NCBI GenBank assembly: GCA_963839295.1
Contig: CAWIUK010000010.1
Coordinates: 160,101 to 224,100 of the forward strand
Reading direction: 5' to 3'
Length of the DNA stretch: 64,000 nucleotides
From: an uncultured Acidobacteriota bacterium
GTDB taxonomy: Bacteria; Acidobacteriota; Thermoanaerobaculia; UBA5066
The notes below the pieces were generated by a model that was not told where the DNA came from, searched no databases, and was given only the letters and a program-made list of their open reading frames with translations. Both the position numbers and the translations under genes were made by a program. Below are positions 27,061 to 37,300 of this stretch, piece by piece (positions within the stretch are counted from its first letter, which is position 1; the number at the start of each line of letters is the position of its first letter).

Positions 27061-27519
27061 TCAGGTGCCTTCGGCCAGAGGCAGGAGCGTCGAGTCCTTC
27101 TTGATCGAGAGGGAGAGCTCGACGCGGGTTCGGACGACGCCGCGCAGCGTCTGGAGCTTCTCCCGGAGGATCCTCTCGAAGTGCTCCACGTCACGGGCGC
27201 GGATCTTCAGCCGGTACCCGAAATCGCCCGAGATCGCGTAGCACTCCTGGACGTCGAGGAGATTCTCGATCTCCTCGAGAAACGGCCTCTCGAAGCGTGG
27301 ATGCTCCAGCATGACGTCGACGTGAGCCACGAGCGGCATCCCGACCAGGAGGGGGTCGAGGAGCGCCGTGAAGCGCCGGATGAAGCCCTTCGTCTCGAGC
27401 TTCTTGATCCGCTCGTTCACCGACGGGGTCGTGAGACCCACGGTCTCGGCGATCCGCGCCTGCGAGATCTTGGCGTCCCGCTGGAGGATGTCGAGGATCC
27501 GGCGATCGATGTCGTCCAT
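27061..27519 (-). CDS. Lrp/AsnC family transcriptional regulator
   Basis: 152 aa. MDDIDRRILDILQRDAKISQARIAETVGLTTPSVNERIKKLE (HTH_AsnC) followed by a RAM/AsnC_trans_reg domain. Confidence 0.93.
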   Translation of the reverse strand: MDDIDRRILDILQRDAKISQARIAETVGLTTPSVNERIKKLETKGFIRRFTALLDPLLVGMPLVAHVDVMLEHPRFERPFLEEIENLLDVQECYAISGDFGYRLKIRARDVEHFERILREKLQTLRGVVRTRVELSLSIKKDSTLLPLAEGT

Positions 27520-27599
27520 ATAAAATTCGGCTCTTGGGTCTGGAACCCGAACTTTATACGGTCATCGGGACCGAGGCAACCGGAAACGCGGCCCCGGTG

Positions 27600-29977
<2,378 letters not shown>

Positions 29978-30061
29978 GGCGCAGGCGCGAAGCGCCGGGC
30001 GGAAGGGAGCGAGCGCAGCGAGCGTCGGAAACCCGCCTGACGGGTTTCCCGAATGCGGCCG

Positions 30062-31180
30062 CTACTGCTTGTCGGTCATCGACCGGACGGCGGCCAGCGC
30101 GCTGTCGAGCTGGAAGTCCGGGCGGAGCGTGACGCTCTGCGGCGCCTGCGCGAGGGAGGCGGCGTCGCCGGACAGGTAGTTCAGCGCGCCGTTCTGGGAC
30201 CACCAGTACGTGGGCACGTCCGACGGCGAGACGATCGTGCCGACGACGACCATGAAGGGCAGGTCGATCCCCGCCGGGAGCGGGAACCCGCGCGCGCCGC
30301 GCCCGATCGGGGTCGTCCGCGAGTTGGCGGCCTTGCCCGAGGCGTTCCACTCGGGCGTCGTGTAGTCGTCGGGGAAGGCGATGTGCAGGACCTGCTGCGT
30401 CCGCGTCGCCAGGTCCGCGAAGGACGCGACGATGCCGCCGTTCGTCGCGGGATCCCGCTGCACCGCGGGATACATGTACGCGGACGCCGGGAGGTTCCGG
30501 TTGTCCGTCGGGCCGGCGGCACCCGCGAGCTCGTTGAGGTTCAGCGCGACGACCGTGTCGACGTTCAGCGCGCCGTCCTCGATGAAGAGGGACGCGTAGC
30601 GGGCCTGCGAGAGGGCGGCCTCCTCCCACCACACGAGCGAGAGGATCGAGCGCGACTTCATCACGACGTCGCCCGTCGAGTCGAAGTCCCGATAGGTCTG
30701 GCGCGTCACGAGGATCCGGGGGTTCACCGAGAAGTACATCCCCGAGTTCGGAAGGAAGCGGCCGTCGGCCCAGCCGCCGTCGCGCCAGATCGAGACGTGG
30801 ACGTCCGCGACGAATCCCTGGACCTGGAGGCTCGTGTAGACGACGAAGATCGTCTGGGTCGAGTCGTCGAACTCGAGCGCCTCCCCGAACTTGATGAGGG
30901 AGCTGAAGCTGCCGCCCACGACCTCGACCGTCGGCGTCTGCCCGGGGAGCGTCCGGCGCAGGGCGACGACGGGGGTGGCGGCATCGGTCGCGTTCGCGCC
31001 GCTGACCACCTCGCCGTAGCTCGCCGCGAAGACCTCGTAGAGCGTCCCGTTCTTCGCGAGGACCGCGCTGGCCGCGTCCGCTCGCGGGGCCGCAGCGCAG
31101 CCGAGGACCGCGAGCCCGAGGAGGGCGGCGCGGAACCGGGATGCGAACGGGCGGGACGAGGCGATCGCGGCGGTGTTCAC
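30062..31180 (-). CDS. Hypothetical lipoprotein
   Basis: 372 aa. Lipobox in LLGLAVLGCAAAP. Non-biased composition with no motif I recognise. Starts 1 nt after the TPR gene stop. Confidence 0.6.
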   Translation of the reverse strand: MNTAAIASSRPFASRFRAALLGLAVLGCAAAPRADAASAVLAKNGTLYEVFAASYGEVVSGANATDAATPVVALRRTLPGQTPTVEVVGGSFSSLIKFGEALEFDDSTQTIFVVYTSLQVQGFVADVHVSIWRDGGWADGRFLPNSGMYFSVNPRILVTRQTYRDFDSTGDVVMKSRSILSLVWWEEAALSQARYASLFIEDGALNVDTVVALNLNELAGAAGPTDNRNLPASAYMYPAVQRDPATNGGIVASFADLATRTQQVLHIAFPDDYTTPEWNASGKAANSRTTPIGRGARGFPLPAGIDLPFMVVVGTIVSPSDVPTYWWSQNGALNYLSGDAASLAQAPQSVTLRPDFQLDSALAAVRSMTDKQ

Positions 31181-31181
31181 G

Positions 31182-32105
31182 TCAGCTCCGGAGGTTGATG
31201 ACGTTGCGGAAGTCGAAGACGTCGAGATACGCGCGCAGGTTCCGGAAGTCCGGATAGAGGCGCGCGAGGCGGTCGAAGTAGTCCTGCGACGCGGCGGCGT
31301 CGCCCGAGAGGTGCGAGGCCTCGCCGAGGAGGTAGAGGAGGTTCTTCTCGGCCTCGAGGTCGCCGGCGACGGCGACGCGGGCGAGGCCCTCCTCGCCGAA
31401 CCAGCGGGCCTGCTCGTAACGGTCCTGCTTGAGGTAGCCGAAGCAGAGGTCGAGGAGCGGGTAGACGGTGAACCCGCGGGCGGCTTCCTTCTCGAGCGTG
31501 TCGAGCGCCGCGTGCACGAGGGCGAGCCCGTCGGCGACGCGGTCCTCGGCGATCTGGCAGTAGCCGAGGTTGTCGGACCACTGTGCGCGCGGCACGGAGA
31601 GAAGCGCGGCCTCTCCGGCCGTGCACTCCAGGGCCGAGCGGTACGCGGCGGCCGCCTCGCCGAAACGGCTGTCGGCCGCCAGGGCGTTGCCGACCTCGTT
31701 GAAGCAGGCGCCGATCAGGCGGACGTCGCCGATCTCCTCGGCGTGGCGCCGCGCGAGGTTCGCGTAGAAGAAGACCTTGCTCCGCTCCTTCCGGAGGCGG
31801 TAGATCGCGGCGCTCGAATAGGCCGCGCGGAACGCCGTCTGCGGCTCGCGCGAGCGCAGGAGGATCCGCTTGAGCTCGACGAGCTCGTCGGCGGCCGGAC
31901 CGGTCTCGGCGGCCGCGGCGGCGCGGCAGACGTAGATCCAGTCGACGAACGCCGGGTCGGCCGTCTCGCGCGCGGAGGCGAGCGCCGCGTCGTAGCACGC
32001 GAGGGCGGCCGCGAACGCGCCCTTCTCGAGCTGGACGAGGGCGTCGCGGCGCGAGGCCTCGGCGGCGGCGCGGGCCGCGGCGGCTTCCGTCGTCGCCTCA
32101 GCCAT
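31182..32105 (-). CDS. Cytoplasmic TPR-like helical-repeat protein
   Basis: 307 aa. Repeated A/Y/L helical hairpins (AFAAALACYDAALA, AYRSALECTAG, YEQARWFGEEGLA, SQDYFDRLARLYPD). The start overlaps the XRE gene end by 8 nt. Confidence 0.65.
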   Translation of the reverse strand: MAEATTEAAAARAAAEASRRDALVQLEKGAFAAALACYDAALASARETADPAFVDWIYVCRAAAAAETGPAADELVELKRILLRSREPQTAFRAAYSSAAIYRLRKERSKVFFYANLARRHAEEIGDVRLIGACFNEVGNALAADSRFGEAAAAYRSALECTAGEAALLSVPRAQWSDNLGYCQIAEDRVADGLALVHAALDTLEKEAARGFTVYPLLDLCFGYLKQDRYEQARWFGEEGLARVAVAGDLEAEKNLLYLLGEASHLSGDAAASQDYFDRLARLYPDFRNLRAYLDVFDFRNVINLRS

Positions 32106-32505
32106 TGGTGTCGTCTCCCGGGTCCTCGTCGTTGCGCGCCTTCTCGACCTGCATCCGCTTGAAGGCGATGAACTCGCTCACCTCGCGGCGCGTCTCCGGC
32201 GGCAGGGCCGCCCAGTCCTCGAACGGAGCGGTGACGCCGGCGTCTTCTCCGGCGTTCGCGCGCGCGGCGTCCGCGGCGGCGGGCTCCTCGAAAAAGTGGC
32301 TCATCGACAGCTCGAAGACCTGAAGGATCCGGAAGAGAGTGTCGAGGCCGACCTTGTACTCACCGTTTTCCATCCGGGAGAGGTCGGATTGCGTGACGCC
32401 GATGCGCGCGGCGAGATCCGCCTGGGTCAGATGCCGGCTCTTCCGGATCTGACGGATCTTCTGCCCCACGAGGAGGATCTGGGACGCACGCGGCACGGCA
32501 CTCAT
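32098..32505 (-). CDS. XRE-family helix-turn-helix transcriptional regulator
   Basis: Trimmed to ATG 32505: MSAVPRASQILLVGQKIRQIRKSRHLTQADLAARIGVTQSDLSRMENGEYKVGLDTLFRIL (HTH_3). Acidic C-terminal tail. Confidence 0.8.
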   Translation of the reverse strand: MSAVPRASQILLVGQKIRQIRKSRHLTQADLAARIGVTQSDLSRMENGEYKVGLDTLFRILQVFELSMSHFFEEPAAADAARANAGEDAGVTAPFEDWAALPPETRREVSEFIAFKRMQVEKARNDEDPGDDTNG

Positions 32506-32583
32506 GAGCGCTGACCAAGTAAGATAGACCTTCGGCCCGGCCATTTCAAGCTCGTTCCGAGCTCTCCGAGGGACGCTACTTCA

Positions 32584-33351
32584 TTGAAGAACAAGATCTT
32601 CCTGCTCTCCGAGCTGCTCCGCCGGGACCTCGCGGCCCGGTACGCCGGGAGCTTCGCGGGCCCCTTCTGGGCGGTCCTGAATCCGGCCATCATCTGCGCC
32701 CTCAACGCCTTCGTTTTCGCCTACGTCCTGAAGATCCCCACCCCGAGGGGATTCGGAGGGACGTACGTCGAATTCCTCCTCGCGGGGATGCTCCCCTGGC
32801 TGGGAGTGCAGGAGGCTATCGTCCGGGGCACGACCTCGATCACCGACCAGGCGCACCTCGTCAAGAAGCTGAGGTTCCCGGTCGCGCTCCTGACGCTCTC
32901 CTCGGTCGGCGCGGCCCTCGTCATCCAGACGATCGGCATCGCGCTCCTGTCGGCGTTCCTCGTCGTCTCGGGCCGGGGGCACGTCCAGCCCCTCCTCCTC
33001 CTCGTCGCGTTCGCGTTCGAGCTCCTCGTCCTCGCGGGCCCCGCGCTCATCCTCGCCTCGCTCAACCCGTTCTTCCGCGACCTCGCGCAGATCCTCCCGC
33101 CCGTCCTCATGATCGCGTTCTACGTGACGCCGATCCTCTACGCCGAGGAGCTCGTCCCGGCGTTCGCGGCCCCCGTCCTCGCGGTGAATCCCCTGCGCGA
33201 CGTCGTCGCGCTCTTCCGCGCGGCGCTCTTCGGCATGGCGCCGCCTCCGGTGCGCCGTCTCGGCGTCGAAACCGCGGCATTCATCGTGCTAGGCTTTGCG
33301 GGACGTCAGCTGTATCGCCGGCTCCGGCCGGCATTCGCCGACCTTCTCTAG
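32584..33351 (+). CDS. wzm: ABC-2 type polysaccharide/O-antigen export permease
   Basis: 255 aa, TTG start. LLRRDLAARYAGSFAGPFWAVLNP is the typical Wzm/TagG N-terminal motif. 6 TM. Confidence 0.85.
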   Translation: MKNKIFLLSELLRRDLAARYAGSFAGPFWAVLNPAIICALNAFVFAYVLKIPTPRGFGGTYVEFLLAGMLPWLGVQEAIVRGTTSITDQAHLVKKLRFPVALLTLSSVGAALVIQTIGIALLSAFLVVSGRGHVQPLLLLVAFAFELLVLAGPALILASLNPFFRDLAQILPPVLMIAFYVTPILYAEELVPAFAAPVLAVNPLRDVVALFRAALFGMAPPPVRRLGVETAAFIVLGFAGRQLYRRLRPAFADLL

Positions 33352-33415
33352 GCCCGAATTTGCGCTCGCCCGCCGGCCGAAGGCCGCCGGGTTCCGTGCG
33401 TCGACAGGAGATCTC

Positions 33416-35131
33416 GTGAAATCGTCCGTGTCCGTCCTCCTCGTGGCTGCGGTGCTCGGCGTCGCCGGCTGTTCCACCTCGCCCAAAGCGGCGTCCCCGT
33501 CACCCACCCCGTCGCCGTCGCCCGCTTCGAAAGAAGCGCAGGCGAAGACGAACCAGCGGGCCGAGTCGCTCCTCGGAGTGAGACCCCCCGTGGAGAACGC
33601 AGGGGAGGAAGACGGCCAGGTCGCGGCCCCGGTTCCGTACGTCGACCCCGAGACCGGAAGGCGCGTCCTCAGCATCCCGAAGGGCGGCGTCGGCACGCAG
33701 TACTACGAGAAGAACGGCCGCCTGTTCCTGGCGATGGTCTCGAGCGGAGGCGTCCCGATCCTCCGGCAGGACGACAAGGCGTGGATCGTCGAGGCGCCGG
33801 CCGAGCCGAAGAAGCGCGACCCGAATGCCGCGCCCGCGGTCGAGGACCAGGAGCCGATTTACGAGGTGCCGAAGATCGAGGCCGAGGTCGTCGCGCCGAA
33901 GACGTCGAAAGACCCCTTCCGGTTCGAGGAGATCTCGGCGGGCCTGCCCCGGACCGGCATGTGGCGCGAGAACTTCGACCTCGGCGACGTGCTCGGGGAC
34001 GGGCGTCCGCAGATCGTCGCGCCGCCCGCCCGGATGACGGGCCAGTCGCTCATGGTGTTCAAGCTCGGCAAGGACGACAAGGGCGCGCCGCGCTGGAGCC
34101 AGGCCCGGATCGAGCTCGAGAACCCCGACCAGCTCGACGCCGAATACGGCTTCGCGGCCGTCGCCGACGTCGACGGCGACGGGAAGCCGGACATCGTCTA
34201 CGGCGGACACGGCGCCGGTCCGGCCGTCGCCTTCAACAAGGGGGGCGGCAAGTTCGTCGCCGAGGCGCGGGGGCTCCCGCGGCCGATGTCCACGCGGGCG
34301 GTCGCCATCGGCGATCTCGACGGGGACGGACACAAGGACCTCGTCGTCATCTCCGACACGGGGGAGTGGGGGATTTCGGGCGGCAGGCCCGCCCTCGACA
34401 AGGACTCCACGTACGTGCGCGGGTACGACGTCCGCGCGTTCCTGAACGACGGGACGACCTTTCGCGAGGTCCACAAGGGCCTCGAGGGCGCGTGCTTCGG
34501 GTACGCGATCGCCCTGGCCGTCCCGAAGGACGCGAGCGGCGGCCTGCCCTTCTACAACTCCGCGTGCCGGTACTTCGGCGGGGCGCCGAACCTCTTCGAG
34601 TTCGACGCGAAGGCGGGAGAATTCCGCTACGCCGGCGGCGCCGCCGTCGAGGGCTTCGGCCAGCAGGTCGGCGCGGCGGCCGGCACCTACCGGGGCCGGC
34701 CCGCGATCTACGCGTCGTATTTCAAGCGCACGCCCGGCAACGGCGTGCCGAAGATCGACGGCCAGGGCGTGACGGTCTACTTCCGCGGCGCGGACGGGAA
34801 GATGGAAGCCAGGCGCGTCGTCAAGACGCTCCGGTTCGACACGGGCTCGCCGGCCATCGCGGCCGGCGACCTCAACGGCGACGGCCTCGACGACGTGGCC
34901 TGGGCCGACGAGTCCACGCACCGCATCCGCGTCTTCTTCCAGACCGCGGCGGGCGACTTCGAGGAGCTGGCCGAGGAGCGCGAGCCCACGTTCGTGAACC
35001 ATCCCACCTGCATGAGGATCGGCGACGTGGACGGGGACGGGCGCCCGGACCTCGTCCTCATGTACCAGTACCTGACGGGGGACGAGACGCGGTCGGGCGG
35101 TTTCCGGGTGTTCCGCGGCCTCGCGAAGTGA
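33416..35131 (+). CDS. FG-GAP/VCBS-repeat lipoprotein (integrin-alpha-like beta-propeller)
   Basis: Trimmed from ORF 33296 to GTG 33416, with SD AGGAG at 33406-33410. VKSSVSVLLVAAVLGVAGCS (lipobox), a PS-rich linker, and repeated DVDGDGKPDIV, GDLDGDGHKDLVV, GDLNGDGLDDVAW and GDVDGDGRPDLVL motifs. Confidence 0.8.
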   Translation: MKSSVSVLLVAAVLGVAGCSTSPKAASPSPTPSPSPASKEAQAKTNQRAESLLGVRPPVENAGEEDGQVAAPVPYVDPETGRRVLSIPKGGVGTQYYEKNGRLFLAMVSSGGVPILRQDDKAWIVEAPAEPKKRDPNAAPAVEDQEPIYEVPKIEAEVVAPKTSKDPFRFEEISAGLPRTGMWRENFDLGDVLGDGRPQIVAPPARMTGQSLMVFKLGKDDKGAPRWSQARIELENPDQLDAEYGFAAVADVDGDGKPDIVYGGHGAGPAVAFNKGGGKFVAEARGLPRPMSTRAVAIGDLDGDGHKDLVVISDTGEWGISGGRPALDKDSTYVRGYDVRAFLNDGTTFREVHKGLEGACFGYAIALAVPKDASGGLPFYNSACRYFGGAPNLFEFDAKAGEFRYAGGAAVEGFGQQVGAAAGTYRGRPAIYASYFKRTPGNGVPKIDGQGVTVYFRGADGKMEARRVVKTLRFDTGSPAIAAGDLNGDGLDDVAWADESTHRIRVFFQTAAGDFEELAEEREPTFVNHPTCMRIGDVDGDGRPDLVLMYQYLTGDETRSGGFRVFRGLAK

Positions 35132-35196
35132 GGTTCGGGGGCGTCCCGACACTCAATGGGTGATATGCGGCCCCAACATAATTTTTCGAAATGGCC

Positions 35197-35225
35197 TTGA
35201 CACCTTGGAATTTCGCCCCTATCGT
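35197..35225 (+). promoter_or_regulatory. Candidate sigma-70 promoter of the 35409 gene
   Basis: TTGACA (35197-35202), a 17-nt spacer, then TATCGT (35220-35225), in a low-GC gap. It implies a leader of about 175 nt before ATG 35409, which has SD TAGGAGA. Confidence 0.5.
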
Positions 35226-35408
35226 TCCGGCAGTGTTCGGGATATCTCTATCCGATTCGGTGCTCCCTTTGCCCCAGGGCGATGGGGGCGTTGCCTCTAA
35301 AAAAATTGCGGGAGGTGATTCGATATCGCAGGCGGCGAGCGCCCACGTTCCTCTAGTCATGATCGACGTAATCACACGTTTCAATCGAAATCACCGGTAG
35401 GAGAAAAA

Positions 35409-37058
35409 ATGAAGAAGTTTTCCGTTCTGATCGTGCTCGCGCTGCTCGCGGTTGCGGGTACGGGCTACGCGGTCACCTGCGCGTACGACAACGTGCCCGC
35501 GGCGACCCTCCTCGTCCCGTACTGGAAGGTGACGCTCAACGGCGCCACCGACTACCCGATTCCGACCGGCGGCACGGACACGCTCGTCTCCGTCGTCAAC
35601 GTCTCCACCCCCGGCGTGATCGCTCACGTCACGGTGTGGAACAAGTACTCCAAGGCCGTCGTCGACTTCAACATCCCGCTCACGGGCAAGGACGTCGTGT
35701 CCTTCTCCATGCGCGACGTCATGAACGGCAAGCTCAGCCCGAACCTTCCCCAGTACAACACGACGCTGTTCCCCGATGATCCGTGCGGCCTCATCAACCC
35801 GGGCGCCACGAACGCGATCTACCAGCCCTCCATCGGCTGGGCGGCGAACCAGTTCATCCGCTTCTCGAACCCTGACGCCGTCGCGGGCCCGTCCATCACG
35901 TCCGACACGTACCGCTCGATCTCGCAGTACAACCTGACGAACCCCGACGCCATCGGGCCGCTCTTCCGCCCGACCGTGTGGCACTCCCTCGACCAGTCCG
36001 GCGACATCACGACGTTCACGTCGTCCGGCGGCGCCAACATCCTCGACACGGACAACCCGGCGTGCAGCTCCAGCTGGAGCGGGGACTCGGTCTACAAGGA
36101 CGCCCTCTCGGGCTACCTGACGATCGACGTCGTCAACTACTGCACGAACTTCTTCCCCGACCAGCCCGACTTCTACGACAAGGACGCCATCGCGACGATG
36201 GGCTGGGGCCCGGCCAACGGCCTGACCTACACGCCGAACGTCCTGATCGGCGACATCTTCTACGTCGACTCGGCTGCCAACGGCGGCAACATCTCGGGCG
36301 ACCCGGCCGTCGCGGTCGAGTTCGACATGCGCCTGCCCTTCACGCCGACCACGAAGACCTTCTTCGGCAAGTTCGTCGCCTCGACGACGCCCACGCAGTG
36401 CGTCGCTGAGACGACCGGCGGCGTCACCGGCTGCACGAGCTACATCAGCGGCTACGCCCCGACGTTCCAGTTCGCCGGCGACGGCCGCGAGCCCCTCGGC
36501 GACCGCTACGGCTTCCGCTACCTCGCCGACTCGGCCAACGGCCTCCAGTCCTGGATCCAGGTCTGGCGCTCCGACTACTACAACGGCGCGGCGATCAACC
36601 TCTGCAACTGGGCGAACCCGGGCTCCGGCTTCGGCAAGGGCGCGGCGAGCACGACCGGTGCGAACTCCGGCATGTACGACGCCCTCCACCAGGTGCAGAT
36701 CTTCACGTACGACAACGACGAGAACGTCTACCAGGGCCAGGGCATCCCGCCCGGACCGTCCGGCCCCGGCCTGACGCCGCCCTCGAACACGTACATCTTC
36801 CTCGAGTCGCAGCGCATCAACCTGCTCACCGCCACCGGCTGGAACCCGTCGAACTTCGTCGGCGGCTGGGTCGACCTGACCCTCCGCGGCGCGACGATGA
36901 CGGGCGTCGATGCGGCGAACGGCCTCTACAACATGGGTTGGGTCGGTGTCATGCACACCGCGCCCGGCGCGTTCATCAGCGTCGGCCACGCGACGGCGAA
37001 CCTCAACAACCAGATGCAGTGCGCGCCGAACTTCACTGCACCAGGTACCCTCAACTAA
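35409..37058 (+). CDS. Orphan secreted Cys-containing surface protein (S-layer-like / major coat protein candidate), unknown family
   Basis: 549 aa. Signal peptide MKKFSVLIVLALLAVAGTGYA. Composition is rich in T/N/G/S/Y/W and poor in R/K/E, unlike its neighbours. 8 Cys. Own promoter, strong SD and a textbook terminator, so it is monocistronic. I recognise no motif. Confidence 0.8.
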   Translation: MKKFSVLIVLALLAVAGTGYAVTCAYDNVPAATLLVPYWKVTLNGATDYPIPTGGTDTLVSVVNVSTPGVIAHVTVWNKYSKAVVDFNIPLTGKDVVSFSMRDVMNGKLSPNLPQYNTTLFPDDPCGLINPGATNAIYQPSIGWAANQFIRFSNPDAVAGPSITSDTYRSISQYNLTNPDAIGPLFRPTVWHSLDQSGDITTFTSSGGANILDTDNPACSSSWSGDSVYKDALSGYLTIDVVNYCTNFFPDQPDFYDKDAIATMGWGPANGLTYTPNVLIGDIFYVDSAANGGNISGDPAVAVEFDMRLPFTPTTKTFFGKFVASTTPTQCVAETTGGVTGCTSYISGYAPTFQFAGDGREPLGDRYGFRYLADSANGLQSWIQVWRSDYYNGAAINLCNWANPGSGFGKGAASTTGANSGMYDALHQVQIFTYDNDENVYQGQGIPPGPSGPGLTPPSNTYIFLESQRINLLTATGWNPSNFVGGWVDLTLRGATMTGVDAANGLYNMGWVGVMHTAPGAFISVGHATANLNNQMQCAPNFTAPGTLN

Positions 37059-37080
37059 ATCTTCCCTGCATTCAGGGCGA

Positions 37081-37113
37081 GCGGGCGGCTTCGGCCGCCC
37101 GCTTTTTTTCTTT
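37081..37113 (+). terminator. Rho-independent terminator
   Basis: GCGGGCGGC-TTCG-GCCGCCCGC followed by TTTTTTTCTTTT, 23 nt after the stop of the 35409 gene. Confidence 0.85.
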
Positions 37114-37300
37114 TGTCGGGGGAAAGGTCGGCTCGCGCGGCGGCACTCCCTGCGGAAGCTCGGTCCCCGGGCGCCTTTGAATCCTGTGCGTCTTTACAGG
37201 CGCGGTTCGGGAGGATACGATCGCTATGTCTCGTTTTATCAGCTCCTTGGCCGAGAGGAACTCAACGCGAAGCCAACCCCAGAGGGAAGCCCCTGAGCCA

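Noticed and set aside
30027-30049. Hairpin GGAAACCCG-CCTGA-CGGGTTTCC between the convergent dnaJ-like and lipoprotein genes, as a terminator
   Set aside because: The stem is good, but there is no U-tract on either strand. It may still act as an RNA end or stability element, but I did not list it as a terminator.
37130-37150. Sigma-54-like GGCAC...TGC upstream of the giant surface-protein gene
   Set aside because: The GG-to-GC spacing is 8 nt instead of the required 10, and TTGC is not present.
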